Shown here: positions 30,285 to 39,537 of the stretch, one piece after another | Layout: each line of letters begins with the position of its first letter | How positions within the stretch are numbered: the first letter of the stretch is position 1 | Assembly (NCBI GenBank): GCA_034530615.2 | Contig: JAVRCV020000049.1 | Coordinates: forward strand, 224,001 to 288,000 | From: Aulosira sp. ZfuVER01 | GTDB lineage: Bacteria; Cyanobacteriota; Cyanobacteriia; Cyanobacteriales; Nostocaceae | Length of the DNA: 64,000 nucleotides | Direction of reading: 5' to 3' | The notes under the pieces: generated by a model | Told to the model about the DNA's origin: nothing | Database searches by the model: none | The model's input: only the letters and a program-made list of their open reading frames with translations | Position numbers and translations under genes: made by a program

Positions 30285-33227
30285 TTACCAAGGTAAGCGA
30301 CCGAAATAGATACCTTGACGCTCTCGCTCAATTTCTATACGTTGTCGCAATCTGTTATATATTTCATAGGCTAAAGCTTCCAAATTTCCAGATTCATCAG
30401 CTTCGGGAACAGCAGCAGATGGACTTTGTATGGTTTCAGTTATTGGCTGTATATCTCTAGCTATATCAGGTGCGATGACTTCTCCACCATTAGCAAAGCC
30501 TTTCGGAGAAGTTAAGGGTTTAGTAAAAATCTGTGGTGATGCTGATGATTGTAAAACTTGAGAATATTCTGGATTTTGCCAGTTAGATTCTCCACTATTA
30601 AAGTTAAAAGATGTAAATGGATCGTTGTTACCGTTGAGTAATTCTTCCACACTTGACCATTGGGTAGGTGTTTCATAGCCTGCGTTAGTATTGGAACTCG
30701 GTTTGCGGAAAATTAATGTAGGTAATGAGTAATGAGGTGAAGGTTCCGTTTTTGCAGTGGCTTTGTTTTCTACAGTATTGAGTTGCAAAAAACTGGGTGA
30801 AGAAAGTCTATGTTTACTAATTTCTGTTCCCAACGAAGAAGGTATTAGCGAGTTAGATTCCTCCGATGAGTGATTTTCAGAGTTTTGCCGCTGTAATGAA
30901 ATGTCAGCAAAAGAATCGACTTTAGTCGGAGTCTCTGGAGTCGGTATTTCTAAACTCGGAAGAATAATATCCTCTGGTGTACCGCCAGTATTGATATGCC
31001 GAAGTATGGGAAGATTTTTTTGAGCATCATTAGCATTAACTACAAACTCCCCAGGTGTGAGCATTGCAGGTATAGTATCCGAAGAGGCTATCTGTGGATT
31101 TTCGACTGAGGACTGTGTTACTTGTCCGCCTGTTGCAAAACCTTGGGGTGCGGGTAAATTGTTTAAGACTGTATTTTGTTCAACTTCTTTGGGAGTCTGG
31201 TCAATAAAGTTTGTCACCGCAGATGGTAAATTTGCTTCTACAGGTTGTTCGTGAGTAGCGACTTCCGGGAAAATACTTGATGCTGTTGTAAAATTTGGTG
31301 GGGTAACAAATGAAAGTGCGATCGCACTCTCATCTAGTTGAGTAACTTCTTTAGTTTCAGCTAATATAGGCGGCTTTACAACAGTCGGAATATCTGTGTT
31401 TGCTTGGCTATCATCTGGTGAGAAAACCATACTTTCCGACGCATCCCCCAAATTAACCGATTCCGCAGACTGTAATTCTGAAGGAACTATCAGGTTATCT
31501 GTAATTACAGGTGAGGTTGGCGCTAGCTGAACGGGTACATTGTTGGTGCTTTCAGTTTGTTGGGGAGTTAGATTTGCTGACGCATCCACAAAATTCACCG
31601 ATTCATCAGACTGTGTTTCTGAAGAAACTATTAGTTTATCTGCAATTACAGGTGAGGTTGGCGCTAACTCAACAGGTACGTTACTGGTGCTGTCAGTTTG
31701 TCGGGAAGTCAGATTTGCTGACACATCTACAAAATTAACTGATTCCGCAGACTGTAATTCTATCGGGTTATCTGCAATTACAGATGAAGTTGGCGCTAAC
31801 TCAACAGGGATATTGCTGGTACTGTCAGTTTGTTGGGAAGCCAGATTTGCTGACGCTTCCACAAAATTCACTGATTCCGCAGACTCTAATTCTATCGGGT
31901 TATTTGCAATTACAGGTGGAGTTGGTGCTAGCTGAATGGGTACATTGCTGATAATCTCAGGTGTGGTTAGAGTTGGAATATCTTCTACGTCTAAAGCATT
32001 AATTATGGTTGAATATTCAGTGCTAAGTACAGCAGATTGTACTTCAGAGACATTTGCTAAAATATGGGATAAGTTAGGGGTTTCTTCAACACTAAGTAAA
32101 GTAGTTTTTGCTAAAGGATTGTTAGATTCTGGAAGAATATTTGAGATTAATTCAGTTGCAATTTCCCTACTTGTATGCGGTAAACCTTCTTGCTGTTGTA
32201 GAGTTAAGGCTTCTTCTTGTCTAAAAATATTTGGATTATTAGCTATCTCTTGTGGTTGTGAAGTTGGGTTAATTAGAATATTTGAGACATCAACAGCTTG
32301 TGGCGCTTCTTGTACTATAGGCTGTTCGCTATTATTTAAGTTATCAATATTAGTTATATTAGTTTCTGCTGTTAAAATTTGAACTGAATCTTTGATAATA
32401 TGTGGCGATCGCGTGATGATTTCAGGTATATTGACAGCATGAACTATTGTTGTTAACTCAGTACTAGTCACAGTAGAGCCTAAAGCATGAATCACTTGGT
32501 TTTCATCACTAGTGAAATTCTCGAACAAGACAGATCCATTGTCAACTATAGGCGGAATTTCTAAGCTATTCAGGGGAGTAATACTAATAAAATCTCTATC
32601 ATTGATACTGTTATTTACAACTGGATATGGTTGTATTTTATGCTCTTGGGTGTTTTCAGGATTAGCTAATAAAACAGCAGACTCATCTTGGCTTCCTAAG
32701 CCAATTTCATTAAAATTATTAACAACAGTAATCTCATCAAGTTGCCTATTAACTTGCTCTGTTGCAGAAATGTTAGGATTTTTTTGGGATTTATTTTTTG
32801 CTCGTGTACTACGAGATTTCTCTGTTTTTTTAGGTTTAGACTTAGCTTTAATATTTAATTCTGGCGTAATATTATTTGGCTTACTGTTTTCTGGCTCAGA
32901 TAATATATTTGGGATATCACCTTGGATATTTTCACTAACTGAATCAACTGTATCAAATTGAATTAAGGGAAAATCAGCATTAATATACTCAGGTTCAGGA
33001 ATATTAGCATCTATTAATGGATTGCTGAATGCTGGATTTTCATGAGATAGTAAAAATTGTGAGTAGGTGGCTAAAGGTACTTGATTTACTAAAGGCTTGA
33101 TCGTACTGCCATGTCCATGTACAGAAATAGACTCTTTTCTTGATAAAAGTCTATGAGAATAACCTAGAGGCTTTCTTACCCCAAGTGGTTGTAATCTAGT
33201 ACCCAGTAGTGGTTGAATGATTTGCAT
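30285..33227 (-). CDS. 980-aa acidic low-complexity protein with internal repeats and tape-measure-like motifs
   Basis: Long ORF inside the CIS operon; four repeats of about 44-47 aa; GFATGG...DTIPAMLTPGEFVVN; C-terminal LEALAYEIYNRLRQRIEIERERQG. Confidence 0.8.
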   Translation of the reverse strand: MQIIQPLLGTRLQPLGVRKPLGYSHRLLSRKESISVHGHGSTIKPLVNQVPLATYSQFLLSHENPAFSNPLIDANIPEPEYINADFPLIQFDTVDSVSENIQGDIPNILSEPENSKPNNITPELNIKAKSKPKKTEKSRSTRAKNKSQKNPNISATEQVNRQLDEITVVNNFNEIGLGSQDESAVLLANPENTQEHKIQPYPVVNNSINDRDFISITPLNSLEIPPIVDNGSVLFENFTSDENQVIHALGSTVTSTELTTIVHAVNIPEIITRSPHIIKDSVQILTAETNITNIDNLNNSEQPIVQEAPQAVDVSNILINPTSQPQEIANNPNIFRQEEALTLQQQEGLPHTSREIATELISNILPESNNPLAKTTLLSVEETPNLSHILANVSEVQSAVLSTEYSTIINALDVEDIPTLTTPEIISNVPIQLAPTPPVIANNPIELESAESVNFVEASANLASQQTDSTSNIPVELAPTSSVIADNPIELQSAESVNFVDVSANLTSRQTDSTSNVPVELAPTSPVIADKLIVSSETQSDESVNFVDASANLTPQQTESTNNVPVQLAPTSPVITDNLIVPSELQSAESVNLGDASESMVFSPDDSQANTDIPTVVKPPILAETKEVTQLDESAIALSFVTPPNFTTASSIFPEVATHEQPVEANLPSAVTNFIDQTPKEVEQNTVLNNLPAPQGFATGGQVTQSSVENPQIASSDTIPAMLTPGEFVVNANDAQKNLPILRHINTGGTPEDIILPSLEIPTPETPTKVDSFADISLQRQNSENHSSEESNSLIPSSLGTEISKHRLSSPSFLQLNTVENKATAKTEPSPHYSLPTLIFRKPSSNTNAGYETPTQWSSVEELLNGNNDPFTSFNFNSGESNWQNPEYSQVLQSSASPQIFTKPLTSPKGFANGGEVIAPDIARDIQPITETIQSPSAAVPEADESGNLEALAYEIYNRLRQRIEIERERQGIYFGRLPW
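31435..31945 (-). repeat. Four intragenic repeats of about 132-141 nt
   Basis: Recurring P(V/I)(E/Q)LAPT...S(A/D)ESVN(F/L) blocks. Confidence 0.85.
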
Positions 33228-33250
33228 ATCTATCGTCGGAAAATTGTAGA

Positions 33251-33784
33251 TTAATTAGACAAGAAAAATCCCGACTTCATCTCTCGTGTTTGGGGATTAC
33301 CTCCTCCTTTGGCTTTACCTAATTGCAAACCTTCATAAGCTAAAGTTAATTCTTCTATAGCAACTGCATTACCATCTGCCTGCAAGGTTGGGGTTTTCCA
33401 AGATATAGGAATAGCCCCAATCAATGTCCAACTCATCATCGTTTCGCCACCTTGATTAAAAACAAGAATATTCACATTACGTCGAGGTGTGGCTTTGTTT
33501 TCATCAAAGACTGCATTAATCCAATTCCAAAAACCAGGGTGGTCAGTAACACCACGTTTCAGGGTGACATCGGCAAATTCTGTATGTCCTAAATAAATTC
33601 TTTGCTGGTCGTTGACACCTCCTTCAAAAAAAACATTTTTCTTCATTTGCAGACTTAAGCCCGAACATTCAGTAAAAGATGCAGCAATTGAACTATCTAT
33701 TTCTACATAGAAATGATTGGTGGTGACATAATTTAACTCGTGAGAGACATTGCCGTTATTATTGCTTCCAGCCATTACAACCAC
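33251..33784 (-). CDS. CIS tail tube protein (T4 gp19-like, Afp1/Afp5 type)
   Basis: FYVEID...FTECSGL, EGGVND, VTLKRG and VAIEELTLAYEG motifs. Confidence 0.92.
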   Translation of the reverse strand: MVVMAGSNNNGNVSHELNYVTTNHFYVEIDSSIAASFTECSGLSLQMKKNVFFEGGVNDQQRIYLGHTEFADVTLKRGVTDHPGFWNWINAVFDENKATPRRNVNILVFNQGGETMMSWTLIGAIPISWKTPTLQADGNAVAIEELTLAYEGLQLGKAKGGGNPQTREMKSGFFLSN

Positions 33785-34014
33785 CTTTGATGACTATAAT
33801 TATTGAACCTTTCGCGTTGATAACGTAGGTCTTCAAGTAACAGTTCATACACACGCTCAGTCAGCTTGTGCAAAAGCAATGAGTCTTTGAGGTACTTGTC
33901 GGCTGCTTTAGCCGCTTGGCTAGCGTTAGAGGTGATTGACAGCCCCGCGTAACCAACACTACCCCCAACTTCGCCAACAGGTGTAAAAAAAGTTTGCTTG
34001 ACTTCGGAGTCCAT
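33775..34014 (-). CDS. Small CIS-associated protein
   Basis: First ORF of the operon, overlapping the tube gene; LTERVYELLLEDLRYQRER resembles the 980-aa protein C-terminus. Confidence 0.7.
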   Translation of the reverse strand: MDSEVKQTFFTPVGEVGGSVGYAGLSITSNASQAAKAADKYLKDSLLLHKLTERVYELLLEDLRYQRERFNNYSHQRWL

Positions 34015-34378
34015 AACTCAAAATAAAAAATTCATCCTAAAGTCAAGGCTAAAGGTAGTCCATCAGAATCAACACTAGCCAAAAGTCGAACTTAAATTTT
34101 GCCTGATTTAGACTTTGGCAGAATTGTTTGATAAATGCGATCGCAGTATCCTAGATACCTCAATTGGTAAAAAATTTGCTTGCTGCTCGGGCTTGAGGAA
34201 AAAACATCAAAGAACGCATATTCGCCCAGCGCCAGAAGGCCGACACTACGCCCGTTTCCATACCTACTCTTAAGCAACCAAAACGTGGCTTCGGTTTACA
34301 ACCGTCTGAAGCTTCGACCCAAAACCTTGACACGCTACTTCTTGGAAAGTGTAATTACTAATTACGAATTAATTCCCA

Positions 34379-37300
34379 TTATTCCCAGTGATGAAATTCA
34401 TCATTGGTATTGCGCAATAAAGAACTAATTTGCGCTCGGCGCGTTTCAAAGTTAGCAGCAATGGAAATTAAGACTATCCCTACGAATAAGCCCACAACCC
34501 ATTTTAAGAATGGATAACGCAAACTGAAAATTACTAATTGGTAAATACTAGTAATTAAAAATGCGGCTGTACCAATGTAAAGAAATGCTCTGATTCGCAA
34601 ACCCAATCCCGCAAAAATGGCGATGAGGCTGAAAATTCCCGGTATCAAGGCTGTATCTTGATTGAAAATAATTGCCCATCCGCAAATTAATCCACTAGCA
34701 AACATTCTTAAACTGTGACGAGCAGCTTTCGATTCTGGTAGCCTCAGTAGGGGATCTATTTGGGCAATATATAAAAGCGATAAACCAATTACTGTGACAT
34801 ACCACAAACTATCAGTTAGGCGTAAGTCATAAAACCAGCGAAATAGTGCCCAATCAATTAATACGACGCTGATATATGTAAACCGAATGTTATTGCCAAC
34901 CTTGGCGAGGAATATATAGTAACAAGCTGCGATCGCTAAAGTAATCGGGTAAACTTTCAGGCTGGTTTCAGCTAAAATTATCAATGGAATAATATATGCT
35001 GCCGTTTGCCAAGGTCTTTTCGGCCAACCCCAATTCTCCCAAGGTAAGATGTAGAGAAAGTAGGCAACTACACAGGCGATCGCACCATTCCAAGGAATTA
35101 ATGGCCCTGTTATCAAATGTCCTACTATTGTTTCGCGCCAATAAATTCTGATAGCTGCTACCTGTAATAAACCGAGATAAACCCACATCTCTGCTATGGT
35201 AATTCCTCCCAGAATACGGGAAGATGCAGAAGCACCTCTGCCTTGAAAAATCGCATACTGAATCAAAACAACCCCTGTACCCAACCCTAACAGGCGATTT
35301 ACTTGGATGGGAGCGCTAATCGCAGTGAGTAATAAAAAACTACTCCAAGCCCAGTGAAGATGGGCGATACTATTCAATTGTTGACGAGTCAGACCTAAGT
35401 AATCTAATAGCCAAGGCGATAAAATGCGATAGGCATACATAATACTAGTACCCAGAGCAGCCATAGCAATTAAGCCATCGCCATACGCGCCGCCTTTAGC
35501 TTGTGACATTTGGTAGAACAACAATTCATAGGCAGAAATTGATACGCCAATCAATCCCAAATACAACAAGGGTTTGAAGCTTTCTTGCCGTCTTCCGACA
35601 CCAATGACAATCAAAGCTACACCTAAAGAACATAAACCTGTCCAGTCTTCAAATGTCTGCAAGCGTAGTAATACACTTAAGGCAGCATACATCAGTGGCA
35701 GAATGTGCAGGCTACTCTTGAGCCTTTGTGTTTGATAGCGTCGTCGCCACCATTCTCCCAAAATTTGGGTACTCAAACCTAGGGCAATATTTGCGATCGC
35801 CATATTCACAACTGAACGTCCCCAAAACCCTAGCAATTCGGCAATCAGCAATTCCAGGCACCAACCGATGCCATAAAATGCCCAATTGCTGGGTTGTCCC
35901 CAACTGCGGTAGGTGATGGCTACTAAATTTATGGCAATGGCGGTTAAATATAACCATCCCGGCGCAACAGTTCCCTGATAAACAACAAGGGAATGGATTG
36001 TCAGCAAGAATAACTCAACGCTACACAAAGCGATCGCCCATTTATCGCTGGCGGCTGCATATATAGTTGTGAGTTCGCTACCTTGGCGAATTAAGGCTGT
36101 ACGCCCTAACCATAAACTCAAAGTTGCGATCGCACCAACAATAAACCAACCTGCTAGGCTTAATTTTGCTAATCCCGGTATACCTTCCCACAGCAGCACA
36201 CCAATAAAACTCAGCCCAAAGCCAATTGTAATTGCAGCTGATATTTGATATTGCAAATAGCGTGTATTGGCAAACATCAAAACTGTAGCCACAGCCAAAC
36301 CGATTAATCTAGTTCCTGGTAGCTGTAATGTTAGTAATTGGGCAACACCTACAGCCAAAATACTCAAGCTAGTACTGATAGTGCGACGCTGTGCAGTTGT
36401 GCGGCTAGCGATCCCTGTGAGTGTTAAAGGTGTAACTAGCCAAATAATTCCCCAGTGGTGGTAACTACGAACAACGCCAAACCAAGATGTTTCGGCATTT
36501 ACCCAAAATAGAGCGAAACTGACAAAGGCTAGTGCTAAACCAATATGCCATGCACTACGTCGCCATATTCCACTACTAAGGCTATATCCCCACTCCACCA
36601 CCATCAAAACTAACAAAATGCTTGCCCAGATTTCTCTACCCAAACTTGGTAACAGCCAATTAACGATTGAGCAAAGTGTCAGCACTGCCATGATATGAGT
36701 TAGGTAAAGCAAAGGAGAAGATTCTCTTTGTCTTTCTTCTCTGTCAAAGCGGCGTTTGGTGACAACTGCAAGGGTAATGGTAGAAAATAACAAATTTAGC
36801 GATCGCAATGTGGGATTTACTAAGGCGATCGTTGTTAAGACAGTTCCCAGCATCAGCGCTAACATCTCGCCAAATTCACCCAAGTCTCTTTTTTGGGCAC
36901 GATAAAAGCGATCCGTCAGCGCCACTATGAAAATGATGTAAGGAAATAAAGCAACACTCAGCAAAGCCCAAGGTTCATTTTGCGACTTCGTAAGTTGCGT
37001 ACCAAAAGCGATCGCTCCTTCCTGAACGCTTGCAGGTACTAACCGCCAACCTAACCAAATAGTCTGTAAGCCAATCGCAAAAACTGCTGCTAAGTCAGTC
37101 TGTAAACTATACCTCTGCAAGCGACTGCCCACAAACTGCAAACTCAACCCACTTACAGCTATGGCTTGCCAAGGGTAGTTTGTCACTGCAACCAACCAAC
37201 CCAGGAATAGTAATACACTACCAAGCCTTTCCCAGATGAGGAAGGATGAGGAGGACGAGGGGGACAAGGGAGAAGAAGAAACTGCTTCCCCGGCTCCCTG

Positions 37301-38326
37301 CTCTTTCACCTCCCGCTGTGCTAACCAAGTCATCAACCAGCCGCAAATCCCAATTGCTAACCCTAGCTGAGTGACTTCTACCTTGGCAATAAAAATTGCC
37401 CGTACTAATAGCACTACTAGAGCATAAATAATTACTGCTGCTGGTAAGTTGATGCCTACACTAATTCGGCTACTACTTTCACTTGGTGAAGCTTCTGGAG
37501 CTTTTTGCCGATGGTAGCGATGGTGATAAATAGTAATGATAGTTGTGCCGATTGTTGCCAAATACACGGCAATTAAGGGAAAGCCTGGTAATTTCCAACC
37601 CCAATTGAGGAAAGATAGCCCCAGAATATTTACTAGTAATAATTTATCAGTGCGTAAATTAGTAGAAAATAGGCGATTACTGAAGAGTAAAACAGTTATA
37701 GCTGTTAGTACAGGAGCTGCGATCGCAACTGCAATCCAATCCAAAGGATTCTGCCACAACTTGAAGCTATCCATTGCCCAGAAGTTTACTGGTACTAACA
37801 ACAGCGTCACCAGCAGCAATGTTTGCGCCGTTAATCTCAAGTTGTTTTGTTTAGCAGCCCAAAAGCCAAAACCCCAAAAACTTAAGGTATAAGCAAATAA
37901 AACCCCATACTGTCCAGAGGCGGGAAACTTCTCCCACTGGCTTGCGGCTAGTACCCCAGAAGATACCACCACCAGAAATACCCCTAAAAACAGCAGCCAG
38001 CGGACACTCAATTCCGCCCCCAACGACTGCAACATTGTAGTGACAAAGTTGGGTTTTGCTGGTTCTGCGGGTGGGAGTTTGCGGCTACGGGATTTTAGAG
38101 GTGCTTCCTGTAACATTTCTACAGGTAATTGTTTTACCGGATCGGAAGTTGCTTTAGCTACCTGTGGTTGCAGTACCACCGGACACACCAAAAATTCTTG
38201 GCAAATCTGCCTAACTTGGGCATCCGAGATCAAACCTAAACGCAACCATAGATCTAGCCCTTCTAATAGCTGAGGATGGGAAGATGGCAACCTGATTTCA
38301 AATTTTAGCGGGCGATCGGGTAACAT
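34379..38326 (-). CDS. Very large polytopic membrane protein (DUF2157-like)
   Basis: LDLWLRLGLIS and ELSVRWLLFLG near the N-terminus, then many hydrophobic helices. Confidence 0.8.
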   Translation of the reverse strand: MLPDRPLKFEIRLPSSHPQLLEGLDLWLRLGLISDAQVRQICQEFLVCPVVLQPQVAKATSDPVKQLPVEMLQEAPLKSRSRKLPPAEPAKPNFVTTMLQSLGAELSVRWLLFLGVFLVVVSSGVLAASQWEKFPASGQYGVLFAYTLSFWGFGFWAAKQNNLRLTAQTLLLVTLLLVPVNFWAMDSFKLWQNPLDWIAVAIAAPVLTAITVLLFSNRLFSTNLRTDKLLLVNILGLSFLNWGWKLPGFPLIAVYLATIGTTIITIYHHRYHRQKAPEASPSESSSRISVGINLPAAVIIYALVVLLVRAIFIAKVEVTQLGLAIGICGWLMTWLAQREVKEQGAGEAVSSSPLSPSSSSSFLIWERLGSVLLFLGWLVAVTNYPWQAIAVSGLSLQFVGSRLQRYSLQTDLAAVFAIGLQTIWLGWRLVPASVQEGAIAFGTQLTKSQNEPWALLSVALFPYIIFIVALTDRFYRAQKRDLGEFGEMLALMLGTVLTTIALVNPTLRSLNLLFSTITLAVVTKRRFDREERQRESSPLLYLTHIMAVLTLCSIVNWLLPSLGREIWASILLVLMVVEWGYSLSSGIWRRSAWHIGLALAFVSFALFWVNAETSWFGVVRSYHHWGIIWLVTPLTLTGIASRTTAQRRTISTSLSILAVGVAQLLTLQLPGTRLIGLAVATVLMFANTRYLQYQISAAITIGFGLSFIGVLLWEGIPGLAKLSLAGWFIVGAIATLSLWLGRTALIRQGSELTTIYAAASDKWAIALCSVELFLLTIHSLVVYQGTVAPGWLYLTAIAINLVAITYRSWGQPSNWAFYGIGWCLELLIAELLGFWGRSVVNMAIANIALGLSTQILGEWWRRRYQTQRLKSSLHILPLMYAALSVLLRLQTFEDWTGLCSLGVALIVIGVGRRQESFKPLLYLGLIGVSISAYELLFYQMSQAKGGAYGDGLIAMAALGTSIMYAYRILSPWLLDYLGLTRQQLNSIAHLHWAWSSFLLLTAISAPIQVNRLLGLGTGVVLIQYAIFQGRGASASSRILGGITIAEMWVYLGLLQVAAIRIYWRETIVGHLITGPLIPWNGAIACVVAYFLYILPWENWGWPKRPWQTAAYIIPLIILAETSLKVYPITLAIAACYYIFLAKVGNNIRFTYISVVLIDWALFRWFYDLRLTDSLWYVTVIGLSLLYIAQIDPLLRLPESKAARHSLRMFASGLICGWAIIFNQDTALIPGIFSLIAIFAGLGLRIRAFLYIGTAAFLITSIYQLVIFSLRYPFLKWVVGLFVGIVLISIAANFETRRAQISSLLRNTNDEFHHWE

Positions 38327-38732
38327 AAGCCGCAGCCGTATAAGTATATACTTTCATCAAATATTGCTTCAAGTATATTGTGGCCTTATCTGTGCCACTT
38401 ATCTAGCTGACCAATCTAAAAGTTTAAGTTCTTAATAATTAAGCAGCATTACATGAATATTACAAAAGTTTTTTGACGCTAAAAATCCTAATTTTATTGT
38501 TAAGCAGTTACTTGAGGATTATCCAAATGCGCTACTACAGCCTGAGTAAAATCCTTACTCAATAATACTTTTAAGCTTGCCTCGGCTTTCTTTGCCAAAA
38601 ATTATCATAGTCCTAGTTGTGATGTGTTCAGTTTTTCGAGTTATAGCACTTCTAAATGAGCTACAAACATTAATCCCCTCTTCTTCCCCTTGTCCTTTTT
38701 GTTTGGATATTAAATAGGATTGCTATATTTCT

Positions 38733-38945
38733 TTAGTATCTCTCTGGGTCTTCCTCATCGATAAATTTGATTAATGCTATTACTTCTAGCAAACTTTTCC
38801 AAAAACCTAATCTTGGCTGTTTCTGATTAAGTTGATCTATATCAACTGTTTCTATTTCGGTATTTTCAATTGGTTGAGTACGATTTTTTTTATCTACAAA
38901 ATTTTTTGTTATCTCTGTTTTAGAAATTTTATCGTTAACGTTCAC
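38733..38945 (-). CDS. Small hypothetical protein
   Basis: 70-aa ORF with a GTG start after an AGAGG RBS-like site. Confidence 0.45.
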   Translation of the reverse strand: MNVNDKISKTEITKNFVDKKNRTQPIENTEIETVDIDQLNQKQPRLGFWKSLLEVIALIKFIDEEDPERY

Positions 38946-39157
38946 GAGCTTTTGCCTCTAGCTTTCTATTTTTGGAGATGTGATTACCATTAGCTATTGA
39001 ACAAACAATAGCTTCTATAACCTTAGAAGCACTCAGCATAATAGTTATCTTTATAGAAAATTTAATTATTTAATAATAGAAAATTCAACTAGCATAATAG
39101 AGTATAAATTACATAAAATTTAAGTAAACTTACTGAGATATTGCCAATATCACTCAG

Positions 39158-39232
39158 ATGCAAAACATGAGCGTAAATTGGTGTGCGCTCTCGCACCGTC
39201 TCAAACAGTTCTGCCTGGAACTGTTATGCTGA
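39158..39232 (+). CDS. Putative Cys-rich leader peptide (uORF)
   Basis: MQNMSVNWCALSHRLKQFCLELLC-stop (alternative ATG 39167), overlapping hairpins, upstream of a CysR-like gene. Confidence 0.5.
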   Translation: MQNMSVNWCALSHRLKQFCLELLC

Positions 39233-39537
39233 TTCTTTTCAGCATAACCGGAATTGATCTGTCTGAGCCAACATATAATCTTTTTTGCCCAGCAATTGGA
39301 TGCTCTTTGACAGGCATCTCCACTCTTTTTTGAGGAGTAGGCAGAGGGCAGGAGGCAGAAGGCAGAAGGGAATTCTGGTTCCTGTCCTCTGCTCGTGACC
39401 CTACGGTGTACACACAAGTAGAAGCATCAACACACAAAATGTTAGGAAACGTTGCTGAGTGCAATACCCATACCCTCTTGGAACCTGATATAGATATACT
39501 ACGATTAGTTTATCAAGAAATAGTATTATCTAAAGTG

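Noticed and set aside
31057..32961. Several plus-strand ORFs of 65-149 aa
   Set aside because: Antisense shadows of the low-complexity 980-aa gene
21757..34014. Prophage or type VI secretion system
   Set aside because: No capsid, terminase, integrase or lysis genes, and no TssJLM, TssBC or ClpV; the gene set is CIS-type
34092..34428. Short ORFs, or a HEARO/IscB omega RNA, upstream of the CIS operon
   Set aside because: The ORFs lack features, and the sequence shows no recognisable HEARO ends or adjacent iscB/tnpB; kept only as an unassigned structured-RNA candidate
39154..39464. Two 87-aa minus-strand ORFs
   Set aside because: They contain translated heptamer repeats (PSAFCLLPSA) and lie antisense to the leader region
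39445..39510. TPP-riboswitch-like words GCTGAG...ATACCC...GAACCTGAT
   Set aside because: The 5' GGGG and 3' AGGGA P1/P2 elements are missing and downstream genes are not thiamine-related; an Rfam RF00059 scan would settle it
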